64,000 bases of DNA. Source: an uncultured delta proteobacterium. GTDB lineage: Bacteria; Myxococcota_A; Polyangia; Polyangiales; Polyangiaceae. The DNA lies in NCBI GenBank assembly GCA_963782055.1, contig CAWAIF010000003.1, positions 4,384,001 to 4,448,000 of the forward strand, given 5' to 3'. The notes below the pieces were generated by a model. The model saw only the letters and a program-made list of their open reading frames with translations. It searched no databases and was not told the DNA's origin. Made by a program: the position numbers and the translations under genes. Positions 52,035 through 61,985 of the stretch are shown in pieces; the stretch's first letter is position 1; each line of letters opens with the position of its first letter.

Positions 52035-53438
52035 CTACTGATCCGCGGCAAGCGGGATGTCGGCAACGGGATTCTGCTGGATCCCGAGCTCCGGGCCATT
52101 CTGGTCCCACTGGCTCCACAGCACGTCGTTGATGACGCTCCCTCCCATGATGAACTCGTACTTCACCGGTTGCAGCTCCCGGCGGGTGCCGTCCGCCAAC
52201 CGCAGAAGCTCGACATCAGGCCCCCTTTGGGAGGACCCGCCGCCCCCGCCCCACATCAAATAGCCGTCGCTCATCCGCGAGCCGCAGCCTCCGCCACAGA
52301 GAGCCTCGCCCACGCCCACCACCGGCTGCACGGACGCGGGGTCCGGCGTATAGGGGCTGGTGTAGAGTACGTTGCTCGCGTAGTTGTTCGAGGACTCGAT
52401 CCAGGTGATCGCGGTCCCGTCAGTCGCGAGATCGTGGGCGACAGTGCCTTGCGGGAGGTTCGGACGAAACGGCCGCACGCCGTTCGTCTGATCCCACACG
52501 TAGGCCTGGTCGGCGCCATCGAAGACGCCATCGAAGAAGACCGCTCCGTCGTCGTTCACAGTCACGTGGAGGTCCGCGATGGACAGCGGCTGTCCGCTGT
52601 ACTTCAACGCCGTGAGCTGCTTGGTCGCCCGATTCTCGATGACGATGGCGCCGGTAGAATCGAAGATGTGGGCGACGTACGCTTTCCCGGGGTAGCTGCT
52701 GTCCAGAAGCGTGTTCGCGGTGGGCACGCTGTTGCCGGGGATCAAGGAGTCCGGGCTTGTCTTGGCCAGCAGCTCGTCCGCGGTGCCGATGATCTCGCGG
52801 TACTCCTTCACCTGGCTGCCCGCGTCCACACCGGGTCGTACCGATTGGACGAGGACCGCGGTGTCGCCGTACAGCGTGCTGATGGACTCCAGGCAGGGAT
52901 CGTCTCCGTCGTGTCGCCAGGCGCCGATGATCCCCGCGTTCTGCCGCCACAGCACGAACTCCCGCTGGTACGGGGCGTAGTCCCTGCCGAAGAAGAGCAA
53001 CACGTCGCCCTGGCTGGACCGGGTCGCGTCGAGGCGAGCGAGCTGCATTCCCTTGACCGGTGTCCAGTCCTGCACGAGCTGCTGGCAACCCGGACGCCCG
53101 GAGGAGCACGCCTTCCAGTGCAGGGGTGGAACCTGCGCGAGCATCGCCTTGTCCGCCGGCTGGTAGAGGCCGCAGCCGGGGTCCGACCACGGCGCCTTCA
53201 CCCAGCCGTCGACGAAACCGGGCACCGTCCCGTCGGACAGCGCGGCGTCGGCAGCGCCGGTGTCCGGCCCCGCCTCCGGCGGGCCCGCGTCACGGCGTGT
53301 CTTGCCGTACGAGTCGGGGCCGCCATCGGCGGGCTGGGCCCCCGGATCGCTGCACGATCCGGCCGCCATCAGTACGCCCAGCGCGGCGACGGCCGCCGCT
53401 GGAAGCGCCCACGCGAACCGCCGCCTCATGATGCGCAT
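52035..53438 (-). CDS. Secreted lipoprotein, unknown function
   Basis: Lipobox AGSC, DAG/DTG linker, WKAC...GC. Confidence 0.7.
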   Translation of the reverse strand: MRIMRRRFAWALPAAAVAALGVLMAAGSCSDPGAQPADGGPDSYGKTRRDAGPPEAGPDTGAADAALSDGTVPGFVDGWVKAPWSDPGCGLYQPADKAMLAQVPPLHWKACSSGRPGCQQLVQDWTPVKGMQLARLDATRSSQGDVLLFFGRDYAPYQREFVLWRQNAGIIGAWRHDGDDPCLESISTLYGDTAVLVQSVRPGVDAGSQVKEYREIIGTADELLAKTSPDSLIPGNSVPTANTLLDSSYPGKAYVAHIFDSTGAIVIENRATKQLTALKYSGQPLSIADLHVTVNDDGAVFFDGVFDGADQAYVWDQTNGVRPFRPNLPQGTVAHDLATDGTAITWIESSNNYASNVLYTSPYTPDPASVQPVVGVGEALCGGGCGSRMSDGYLMWGGGGGSSQRGPDVELLRLADGTRRELQPVKYEFIMGGSVINDVLWSQWDQNGPELGIQQNPVADIPLAADQ

Positions 53439-53618
53439 TCTGGCCCGGACAGGCCCGGGCGGCCACAGAAAAGCTGGGCCATCGTCACTGGCACAGCGAC
53501 GACACGGAGCCGAAGGAGACCGGGGCCGGGGTCACCGCCACGTCGTCGAATAGAGTGTAAGTGGCGTCCCCGGGCCAGCCGTCGTCGTGGCTGGTGAGCG
53601 TCAGGGTGTAGCTGTCGC

Positions 53619-53718
53619 CACCCTGGTCCGTCCTTCCAGTGACACCGGACGGCCCCACTTCGCATAAGATGGATTCCGTAAACTTTCGCGCCCGACCGCG
53701 CTAGGATTTCCTATGCGC
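53619..53718 (+). repeat. Repeat A copy R11
   Basis: Identical to R1. Confidence 0.97.
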
Positions 53719-53973
53719 CCGGAGGCGTACCTCGATAGTGGCCTAGGAGCAAGCCTCCCCGGCGCCCGCTGGCGACTGCCTGTTCCCCGCGCCGAGGTCC
53801 GCCCCGTGCAGCACACCAGCCTCCCCGATGGCGCGCGCGAGCGCGACATCGAGGGGAGGGGCGCCACGCGCAGGGCTCGCGCGCAAGCCGTCGTGCGTGC
53901 CGTAGTCCGTGCTCATGCACCCACCGCCGGCACGCGCGACGGCGAGCACGAGCCCGAGCATGGCGCCCGGAGG

Positions 53974-55437
53974 GGGAATGTCCCCGGCGATGTTGAACTT
54001 CTGAAGTTGTAGCGGCGGCTCCTTGGCCGGCCTGAGAATCGGGTCGACCAAGAACCAACTGCCCGGGACGGGGCAAGGAGCCGCCATGAAGAAGAGAGCC
54101 GCAAAGAGGAACAGGAAGCAAGAGGCGTCGGCGGGGGCCGCGCTGCCGGAGGCGTTCCGGCAGATGGTCCTGCCGATGATCGCCGGCATCGAGGTCACTC
54201 GGAGCGGCTTGCTGGCGTTCGTCCACGCGATGGGTCGCGCCGCACTCGACGAGCTTCTTCGGGGCGAGGCCGAGCGCGTCGCTGGCCCGAAGGGCAAGCA
54301 CGTCGCTGGTCGTGCCGCGCACCACTGGGGTACGACCCACACGCCGCTGCCGTTCGGTGGGCGTGACATCGTCGTGCAGCGGCCGCGCGTCCGCAGCAAG
54401 GACGGGCGCGAGGTCGCCTTGCCGTTGGTGGAGGAGCTTCGTCGTCGCGACCCGCTGCCCGACCGGGTCGCCGAGCAGATCGTGCTCGGCGTCTCGACGC
54501 GCGGCTACGAGCGGAGCCTGGAGCCGGTCGCGGCCGGAACCAGGACGCGGCGCGCGAGCAAGAGTGCGGCGAGCCGGGCGCTCGTGGACAAGACCACGGA
54601 GAGGATGAGCGCGTTCCTCCGCCGCCGTCTTGACGCGCTCGACATCGTGGCGATGTTCGCCGACGGACTGGAGGTGGCGAGCCAGACAGTCATCGTGGCC
54701 CTCGGCGTCACGGCCGACGGGACGAAGGTGCCGCTGGGCCTCTGGCTCGGCTCGACGGAGAACGCGGCGGTCTGCACCTCGCTCGTGCAGAACCTGGTCG
54801 AGCGGGGGCTGAGGATCGACGGCAAGATCCTGTGCGTGATCGACGGCGGCAAGGGGCTGCGCAAGGCGCTCTGCGACGTGCTCGGGTCGAGCGCGGTGCT
54901 GCAGCGCTGCCAGGTCCACAAGACGCGCAACGTCCGCGACCATCTGCCCGACTCGCGCAGGGCGTACGTGAGCGGCCAGATGCGCGAGGCGTACCGGACG
55001 CGCAACGCGAAGGTCGCCAAGAAGCGCCTGCTTCAGCTCGCGTCGTGGCTCGACAAGAACGGCGAGGACGCGGCGGCCGGCAGCCTGCGCGAGGGTCTCG
55101 ACGAGACGCTCACCGTGCTCAAGCTCGGCCTCCATCCCACCCTCTGCCGCACCTTCGCGACGACCAACGCCATCGAGAACATGAACGGGACCATCCGCCG
55201 CATCACGCGCAACGTGAAGCGCTGGCGCGGCGGCCCGATGATCCGCCGCTGGGTCGCCCTCGCGGTGGTCGAAGCGCAGAAGAAGTTTCGGCGCGTGAAG
55301 GGTCACGCCCACATGTCCGCGCTCGTCCGCGCCCTGCGCCCCGAGCAGCTCCCCGTTGCCGACGAGGAGAAGGTCGCGTAGTCCATCAGACCGCCGCCGG
55401 TGCGACTGCCAAGTTCAACACGGCGTGGGACATCCCC
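53974..55437 (+). mobile_element. IS256-family insertion sequence
   Basis: Imperfect IRs GGGAATGTCCC..TGTTGAACTT / AAGTTCAACA..GGGACATCCCC; 8-bp TSD CCCGGAGG. Confidence 0.88.
54086..55381 (+). CDS. IS256-family (Mutator) transposase
   Basis: GVSTR, FADG, IDGGKGL, QRCQVHKTRN, TTNAIE. Confidence 0.92.
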   Translation: MKKRAAKRNRKQEASAGAALPEAFRQMVLPMIAGIEVTRSGLLAFVHAMGRAALDELLRGEAERVAGPKGKHVAGRAAHHWGTTHTPLPFGGRDIVVQRPRVRSKDGREVALPLVEELRRRDPLPDRVAEQIVLGVSTRGYERSLEPVAAGTRTRRASKSAASRALVDKTTERMSAFLRRRLDALDIVAMFADGLEVASQTVIVALGVTADGTKVPLGLWLGSTENAAVCTSLVQNLVERGLRIDGKILCVIDGGKGLRKALCDVLGSSAVLQRCQVHKTRNVRDHLPDSRRAYVSGQMREAYRTRNAKVAKKRLLQLASWLDKNGEDAAAGSLREGLDETLTVLKLGLHPTLCRTFATTNAIENMNGTIRRITRNVKRWRGGPMIRRWVALAVVEAQKKFRRVKGHAHMSALVRALRPEQLPVADEEKVA

Positions 55438-55457
55438 CCCGGAGGGGCATCCCTCCT

Positions 55458-55681
55458 CCATGCGCTCGTACACCCAGACCTGCGACTACGACGAGGTCGG
55501 CAACATCCTCGGGATGTTCCACACCGCCACCAGCGCCAACTGGAACCGCCACTACACCTACGACTCCTCCTCCAACAAGCTCGCCACGACCGAGATGCCC
55601 GGCGATCCCTCCGGCGGCCCCTACTCCGGCACCTACTCCCACGACGAGCGCGGCAACATGACCGCCATGCCCCACCTGTCT
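55458..55681 (+). pseudogene. Short RHS fragment paralogous to ~36906-37128, cut at R12
   Basis: MRSYTQTCDYDEVGNILGMFHTATSANWNRHYTYD...MTAMPHLS. Confidence 0.85.
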
Positions 55682-55781
55682 CACCCTGGTCCGTCCTTCC
55701 AGTGACACCGGACGGCCCCACTTCGCATAAGATGGATTTCGTAAACTTTCGCGCCCGACCGCGCTAGCATTTCTTATGCGC
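55682..55781 (+). repeat. Repeat A copy R12
   Basis: Same variant as R10 (TAGCATTTCTTATG). Confidence 0.97.
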
Positions 55782-56026
55782 CTCCTCAGGAGAGCTGGGA
55801 GACCCGTCGCAGGCGTCGCCGGAGAAGGAAGAAGAACAAGCCATGCAGTTGTCTCTGCTACCGCAAGGGCTGGGGCCCAAGCGCGCTGGGACAAAAGGAT
55901 AGCCCAGATGATTGCAAGTCCGCGTGTCAGGATAGTCCCGTTGGTCCCTACGACGCCTACAAATACGGTGGCTCGAATCCCACATGGTTTGACTGAACCC
56001 GATTGTGGGGCGGCGGGAGCTGAGGC

Positions 56027-56536
56027 ATGACGGTGTTGGGTCCTGATAGCTTTTGGACCACCGCGTCGATGGTCGCGAGGCGACCTGCATGGGTCCCGGT
56101 GCAAGCCGCCTATGAGCTGAAGCGCCCAGTGCTCGTGCTGGGAAGGCAGTGGACGCTTTGTTGCAAGCTGCACCTAATACCGGTCCTTCGCCGGCGCCGG
56201 CCTTTGGGCAGTGTGGCTATTCGTGCTAGTGTCACAATGTGGCCGCCACGATACGCAGCCAAGTACCGAGAACGGCTGAAGCAAGCTGGTTGGTACAAGG
56301 TGGTGGCCGCGGAACTGCGAGTGCTTGGGTACCACGGCACGTGGTGCGATTGGGAGAACGGGAAGATGGCTGATTTCTGGAAGGATATTGCCTCGGCTGA
56401 CGACGTTGGCCGCGAACTCGCACAACTGGAGCAGTTCGATCCCGCCACTCCGGAGCCGGCGGACGAGCGAAGCCGGTTGCCCAACCGCCGAACGTCCCGC
56501 GCACGGCCGGGCCACCCTGGTCCGTCCTTCCAGTGA
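56027..56536 (+). CDS. Hypothetical protein, stop inside R13
   Basis: Lower GC; ATGA overlap with ORF 55776-56030. Confidence 0.45.
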   Translation: MTVLGPDSFWTTASMVARRPAWVPVQAAYELKRPVLVLGRQWTLCCKLHLIPVLRRRRPLGSVAIRASVTMWPPRYAAKYRERLKQAGWYKVVAAELRVLGYHGTWCDWENGKMADFWKDIASADDVGRELAQLEQFDPATPEPADERSRLPNRRTSRARPGHPGPSFQ

Positions 56537-56612
56537 CACCGGACGGCCCCACTTCGCATAAGAGGGATTTCGTAAACTTTCGCGCCCGACCGCGCTAGGA
56601 TTTCATATGCGC
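56513..56612 (+). repeat. Repeat A copy R13
   Basis: Variant AGAGGG / TTTCATATG. Confidence 0.97.
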
Positions 56613-57101
56613 CTCATGAACCAGCACGATCCTGGCGCGCCCTTCTACGCGGACTTCGGTCGCGTCGGCGCGACCAACCTGACCGGGCAGGATCTTGGCC
56701 GTTACGTCCATGGGGCGATTGGCCAGAAGTACGTGGACATGTGGGGACCCATGCGCCTGCTCGAGCGGCCGCTCTCCGCCGAGCAGGACAGCCACAGGCC
56801 GGGGTCCACGCGCAACGACTTCGAGCACGGGTACATCCTCTTCGGCCCCGGGGGTGCGTTCGAGGTGCATGGCGCGATCGCGGACGCCTACGCCTGGGGC
56901 TACGGCAACCCCACGTTCGGGCACCCTACGCTGGACGGCGGGTGGCTGGGGCTGCCCACCTCGGACGAGAAGGACGTCCCTGAGTGGTTCTCTCTCTGGT
57001 GCGCCGGCGGCCGGGTGAACGACTTCGAGGGCGGATCCATCACGTGGTGCCCGCACCGAAATTCGGAGATCCAGTTCTGGAAGGGGGTGTGGTTCTCATG
57101 A
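56607..57101 (+). CDS. LGFP-repeat-like protein fragment in frame with the repeat ATG
   Basis: DFEHGYI, VHGAIADAY, WLGLPTSDE, DFEGGSITW. Confidence 0.65.
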   Translation: MRLMNQHDPGAPFYADFGRVGATNLTGQDLGRYVHGAIGQKYVDMWGPMRLLERPLSAEQDSHRPGSTRNDFEHGYILFGPGGAFEVHGAIADAYAWGYGNPTFGHPTLDGGWLGLPTSDEKDVPEWFSLWCAGGRVNDFEGGSITWCPHRNSEIQFWKGVWFS

Positions 57102-57346
57102 CGTGCGGAACGCTGCGAGCTTGCAAGGGCCTGGCGGCTGCCCTCATCACGGCCTTGGCCGGGTGTAGTTCCACCGGGCGTGTGGTGGATGCCGGAACGA
57201 CTGATGCCGGTGGTTCCGATGCCACAAGGCCCTGCGCCCCGGCCGGGGAGGGGTGCGGTATTCAAGGAAGCTATGGCGAAAGTAACTGCTGTCCTGGCTT
57301 CAACTGCATCAAAACGAACCCGGCCTCCGTGCCCCATTGTCTGTGA
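57098..57346 (+). CDS. Small lipoprotein with knottin-like 6-Cys domain
   Basis: Lipobox LAGC; C-x6-C-x9-CC-x4-C-x10-C; ATGA overlap. Confidence 0.6.
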   Translation: MTCGTLRACKGLAAALITALAGCSSTGRVVDAGTTDAGGSDATRPCAPAGEGCGIQGSYGESNCCPGFNCIKTNPASVPHCL

Positions 57347-57376
57347 AGGCGAACGTCTGACTTTGGATGCCATGCT

Positions 57377-57426
57377 CACCCTGGTCCGTCCTTCCAGTGA
57401 CACCGGACGGCCCCACTTCGCATAAG
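57377..57426 (+). repeat. Repeat A copy R14, left half
   Basis: Positions 1-50 of the consensus, ends ...CGCATAAG. Confidence 0.95.
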
Positions 57427-57753
57427 TAAGAGTCGATTGCGTGAGCGCGCCGGGTCGCGGCGGCGGTCGCGTGGCGCGGGTGCGCGGTCGCGAAATCGAC
57501 GGTTGGACGAAGCCGGTGCGCGGCAGCGGCGAGGCGGTGGCCTCGGAGCCCTATGGGGAAGTTGGCGGCGTGTGGGTCACGTGTGCGGGTGCGCGAGGTG
57601 CGGAGCGGGCGGCGGGACGGCGCTCGACGCGGGCGTCCCGGAGCGCGCAGCGGGCAGCCGTGCGTGCTCGGAGGCCGGGTTTTCGTGGCGTGGATGGACA
57701 GGGGCCTGGGCCGCACTCGTGGAGCGAGCGCAGTGGAGCACGACGCGGGGAGA

Positions 57754-57979
57754 TCATGCGGCCCCCGGCGGGTCGCGAGCTCGGGGCTCCGGCAGCGCGG
57801 TACGCACGAGGGCAGGCGTGTGGCAAGCGGGGCAGCGGTGCAGGTCGATGCCCGCGATTCGCAGCAGCAGGTCGGCGGCGTCGACACGGCGCACCGGTCG
57901 CGCAGCGGGCGCCGCGTGCGGACCCAGTCTGCGGCGTGCGGTCTCGAGGCGCGTGGTGGCGTGGCTGGCGGAGTGCAGG
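57754..57979 (-). pseudogene. IS91 transposase C-terminal part, separated by IS66
   Basis: Own translation LHSASHATTRLE...GIDLHRCPACHT...RDPPGAA* continues ...KIRHYGLH. Confidence 0.85.
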
Positions 57980-58053
57980 GTAACCCATCGGTGATCTGAC
58001 GTACTCCCCGGCGGGACGGATCCCCGCTACGCGCATTGGCGGAGGTCAGCGCG

Positions 58054-58386
58054 ATGGGAAAGCGGGACGGTGCGCGGCAGTGGCGGCAGTGGACGGAGCA
58101 GCAGGCGCGGGCGGCCCTCGCGGAGCTCGCGGCGAGCGGTGAGAGCGCGGCGGGCTTCGCGCGGCGCAAGGGCGTGTCGTCGCAGCGGCTCGCGTACTGG
58201 AGGGGCCGCCTCGCGCGTCCGGCGAGCACGGAGTTCGTGGCCGTGGAGCTTGCGGGCGACAGCCTGGCGCGGTGGATGGAGATCGTCGTTGGGGGTGTGG
58301 TCGTTCGCGTGCGGGAGGAGCTGGACGCGGAGCGGGTGGCGCAGCTGGTGAGGGCGCTCGGGCGGCAGGTGGGCGGCGCGTGCTGA
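58054..58386 (+). CDS. tnpA: IS66 TnpA
   Basis: [14 protein letters not shown]...LAYWR, FVAVEL. Confidence 0.85.
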   Translation: MGKRDGARQWRQWTEQQARAALAELAASGESAAGFARRKGVSSQRLAYWRGRLARPASTEFVAVELAGDSLARWMEIVVGGVVVRVREELDAERVAQLVRALGRQVGGAC

Positions 58387-58754
58387 CGCTGCCGCCCGGC
58401 GTGCGCGTGTTCGTCGCGACCGAGCGCGTCGACGGGCGCAAGGGGATCGACGGGCTCTCGGTGCTCGTGCGGTCACGGTTCGCCGAGGACCCGCTCTCGG
58501 GGACGATGTTCGTCTTCTTCTCGCGTCGCGCCGACCGCGTGCGAGTCCTGTACTGGGATCGCGACGGCTACGTGCTCATCACCAAGCGGCTGGAGAAGGG
58601 AAGCTACCGGTTGCCGTGGCCCGGCGAGGGAGGGCGCGCGGTCATCGAAGCGGCGGAGCTGCTCCTGGTGCTCGAGGGGATCGAGCTTCGCGGGGCCGGC
58701 CGGCGGATGCGCTGGTCGCCCTCCCCCCGTGTGCGACCGGCGCCCACTTTGTGA
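58380..58754 (+). CDS. tnpB: IS66 TnpB accessory protein
   Basis: [23 protein letters not shown]. Confidence 0.9.
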   Translation: MLTLPPGVRVFVATERVDGRKGIDGLSVLVRSRFAEDPLSGTMFVFFSRRADRVRVLYWDRDGYVLITKRLEKGSYRLPWPGEGGRAVIEAAELLLVLEGIELRGAGRRMRWSPSPRVRPAPTL

Positions 58755-58822
58755 GATCCATCTTCGTGGCTGCGATCGAATCGTCTTTCCATCGGGCGCG
58801 CCCTGCGGCAAAGAGGATCAGC

Positions 58823-60424
58823 GTGTCCGCGTCGAGCAACAAGCACCCGCCCATCACCAGCGCGATCGAGCCCGATCTCGGCGCGGTGAGGAAGTTCATC
58901 GCGGACATGATCGCCAGGGGCGCCGTCGCCGAGCTGATCGCTGCGGTCGTGGGGTTGCTCGTGCGCATGCGCGAGCTCAACACGGAGTTGATGCGCAGGG
59001 TCGCGAGCAAGTCGCGCAGGCGCCCGCCCAACGAGGCGATGCGGCGCCTGCAGATGGAGCTGCCGTTTCTGTGCGCGCCCGCCGCCAACGATGGCGCCAA
59101 ACCCGGCCTCCCCCGGGAGAAGAAGCCGAGGAAGCGCGGCGCCCACAAGCCCACGCCGCATGGCCGGCCCAAGCTGCCGGCGCACCTGCCGCGCGTCCCC
59201 AACGTGCTCCTGGTCCCCGCCGCCGATCGCGTGTGTCCGGACTGCGACGTCGCGCTCACGCGCGTCTGCCTCAAGACCACGGCGGAGAAGCTCGACGTCA
59301 GGCCGTCGGAGTACATCGTCGTGCAGACGCAGCTCGAGACGTGCTCCTGTCCCAAGTGTCGCCGCTACCTCGTGACCGCGCCCACCCCGGACGAGGTCGT
59401 GGATCGTGGGCTGCTCGGCGACGAGCTTCTCGTGCAGGCGCTGGTGGATCACTACCAGGACGCGGTGCCGTGGGAGCGGATGGAGCGCAACGCGCGACAA
59501 CAGGACGTGCCGCTCGCCGCCAACACGGTGGCGTCCTCCGTCGGGAAGGTGATCGACCTGTTCGACCCCGTCGTGCGCCACATCCGCGAGGCGTGCCTGT
59601 CGTCGAGCTTCACCGCGCTCGACGCGACGCGCATGCCCGTGCTCGACCCGACGCATCCGCTCGGCATCAAGAGCGGCGCGCTCTGGCTCATCGAGGGGGA
59701 TCATCGCCATGCGTGCTTCCTCTACGCGCCGAGCGGCCACGCCGAGCACCTGAAGAAGTTCTTCGAGGGCCGCACGCTCCGCAGCGTGATGTGCGATGGG
59801 TCGCCCACCAACAACTGCGTCGAGCACGCCGGCGGCCATCGTGGCGGCTGCAACGCCCATGGCCGGCGCGGCCTGGTCGAGGCGCTTCGTCGCGGCGACG
59901 CGCGCGCCGTGCCCGGGCTGGAGCTCTACGCCAAGATCTTCCACGTCGACGCCCAGTCCAGGCGCGCAGGCGAGAGCATCGACCGGCGCTTCGAGCGGCG
60001 CCTCGAGGACAGCGCGCCCATCGTGGCCGAGCTTCGCGCCTGGCTCTCCCTGCGCCTCGCCGACGTCGAGCCCAGGAGCGTGCTCGGCCAGGCGCTCCGC
60101 TACCTCGATCGCCAGTGGTCGCGCCTCACGGCCTTCCTTCGCGATCCGCGCATGGAGCTCACCAACAACGAGGTCGAGGCCGGACTTCGGACCTGGGTCC
60201 TCGATCGCAAGACGTGGCTCTTCGTCGGCCACGAGCAGAGCGCACGCCGCGCCGCCGACGCCCTCACCCTCCTCACCACGTGCAAGAAGATGGCGATCGA
60301 CCCGCGCGCCTACTTGCGCGACACCCTCGCGAGGATCCTCGCTGGTGAGAAGAGCCTGGCGGCGCTGCTGCCGGAGACCTACGCGGCCTCGCGCGCCGAG
60401 CGGGCGCCACCCCGCGCCGCGTAG
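58823..60424 (+). CDS. tnpC: IS66 TnpC DDE transposase
   Basis: GRPKLPAHLPR, CPDC, DAT, CNAHGRR, NNEVE, DPRAYLRD. Confidence 0.9.
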   Translation: MSASSNKHPPITSAIEPDLGAVRKFIADMIARGAVAELIAAVVGLLVRMRELNTELMRRVASKSRRRPPNEAMRRLQMELPFLCAPAANDGAKPGLPREKKPRKRGAHKPTPHGRPKLPAHLPRVPNVLLVPAADRVCPDCDVALTRVCLKTTAEKLDVRPSEYIVVQTQLETCSCPKCRRYLVTAPTPDEVVDRGLLGDELLVQALVDHYQDAVPWERMERNARQQDVPLAANTVASSVGKVIDLFDPVVRHIREACLSSSFTALDATRMPVLDPTHPLGIKSGALWLIEGDHRHACFLYAPSGHAEHLKKFFEGRTLRSVMCDGSPTNNCVEHAGGHRGGCNAHGRRGLVEALRRGDARAVPGLELYAKIFHVDAQSRRAGESIDRRFERRLEDSAPIVAELRAWLSLRLADVEPRSVLGQALRYLDRQWSRLTAFLRDPRMELTNNEVEAGLRTWVLDRKTWLFVGHEQSARRAADALTLLTTCKKMAIDPRAYLRDTLARILAGEKSLAALLPETYAASRAERAPPRAA

Positions 60425-60486
60425 CCCTCACGGACATGCGCTCCGGGGGGCTGACGCGCCGCCGGGGCCGTGCTTTCGTGCACGTC

Positions 60487-60945
60487 ATGTTGCCGCTCGA
60501 AGGCTCGTTGCTGGAGAAGTTGCGCAAGATCGAGGCGCTCCACGCGGGCACGCGCGTGGATGGCGAGCGCGAGGCCGCGCGGCGCGCCGCCGAGCGCATT
60601 CGTGCCCGGCTCGCCGAGCTTCGCGGCCGCGAGCAGGACACCCTGCTCCACTACACCCTGCCCGATCCCTGGACACGCAGGCTCTTCGTCGCGCTGTGTC
60701 GCCGCTACGGTCTCGTCCCCTTTCGCGAGAGCGGCCGCCGGTACACCACCGTCCAGGTGCGCGCACCCAAGGCCTTCCACGACCACACGCTCTGGCCGCA
60801 GTTCCTCGCGCTCTCCGAGGAGCTCAACGCGCACCTCGACGAGCTCACCACCCGCGTCATCCGCGAGGCGATCAACGACGACGTGAGCGACCCGCAAGAC
60901 GGCGCTCCGCCCAAGGCGCTGCCCGAGCCGACTCGCGGCGCCTGA
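60487..60945 (+). CDS. Hypothetical passenger protein inside IS66
   Basis: LEKLRKIEALHAG..GEREAA; lies between tnpC and the right IR. Confidence 0.65.
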   Translation: MLPLEGSLLEKLRKIEALHAGTRVDGEREAARRAAERIRARLAELRGREQDTLLHYTLPDPWTRRLFVALCRRYGLVPFRESGRRYTTVQVRAPKAFHDHTLWPQFLALSEELNAHLDELTTRVIREAINDDVSDPQDGAPPKALPEPTRGA

Positions 60946-61036
60946 CGCCGTCATGGCTCCAGCCGACGGCGGGCGGACAGCACGCGCCAGTCGCCGGATC
61001 AACAGGCCCCGTGGACGTCGATCACCGATGGGTTAC

Positions 61037-61979
61037 GGTGCAGGCCGTAGTGGCGGATCTTGACGAAGCCGCGCGGCAGCACGTGCTGGACGAAGCGCGC
61101 GAGCAGCTCCTCGGCCGGGACGGTGACCGACTTGCCGTCTCTGGTGCGGAAGGTGACGCCGCGCTCGCCCATCGAGACGAAGCGGTGGTTGGAGATGCCG
61201 ACGCGGTGAGTGTAGCGACCGAGGTAGCGGATGACCTGAGCGGGGCCGCCGAAGGGTCGCTTGGCGTAGACGACCCAGGCCTTGCGTCGGAGCGCCAGCA
61301 GGTCGACGCCGCCCAGGTCGACGAGGCCGCGCGCGTGGGCGCGCTCGAGAGCGGCGAGCATCTTGCCGCGAAAGAGCGCGCCCATCACGCGCACGGGGAA
61401 GAGGAAGCGACGGCGCGCGCGCACCCAGCGCGCGGCGTGGCCGGTGAGTCCGCCGCCGGTGACGATGGCGTGCACGTGGGGGTGGAAGAGCAGCGCGCGC
61501 GTCCAGGTGTGCAGGACCATCGTGACGCCGAGCTCGGCGCCGAGCCACTTCGGATCCCGCGCGAGGGTGGCCAGCGTGTCGGCCGCGCTCGCGAAGAGCA
61601 TGTCGAAGACCCGCGCGCGCGAGCGCCGCGCGACGGCGCGCAGCTCGGCGGGGAGCGTGAAGACGACGTGGAAGTAGTGCACGGGCAGAATGCGCTCGAG
61701 CCGCGTGGCGACCCACCGCGCCTGCGCGAGCGACTGGCACTTGGGACAGTGCCGGTTGCGGCACGAGTTGTACGACGGTCGCTCGAGCCCGCACGCGGTG
61801 CACACGTCCAGATGTCCGCCCAGCGCGGCGGTCCGGCATCGCTCGATCGCCCGCAGCGCCGACCGCTCCTCGGGACGCAGCACGCGGCCGCCGGCGAAGG
61901 CCTCGCCGTGGGCGCGCACCACGTCCGCGAGCTCGATGGGCGCCGCGCGCGTGCGCGCGGGCGCACACGACGGGTGCAT
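61037..61979 (-). pseudogene. IS91-family transposase, N-terminal part (IS66-interrupted)
   Basis: SCRNRHCPKC, HPHVH, YLGRY (Y2), KIRHYG. Confidence 0.92.
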
Positions 61980-61985
61980 CGGGGC

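Larger units (their letters stand above)
57980..61036 (+). mobile_element. IS66-family element with passenger gene
   Basis: Perfect 17-bp IR GTAACCCATCGGTGATC; 8-bp flanks AGTGCAGG / GGTGCAGG. Confidence 0.92.

Noticed and set aside
27982..56559. Recurrent ORFs starting MRSGAVRCHWKDGPGW / MGPSGVTGRTDQG or ending PWSVLPVTPDGPTSHKMD
   Set aside because: They are translations of repeat A, not a protein family
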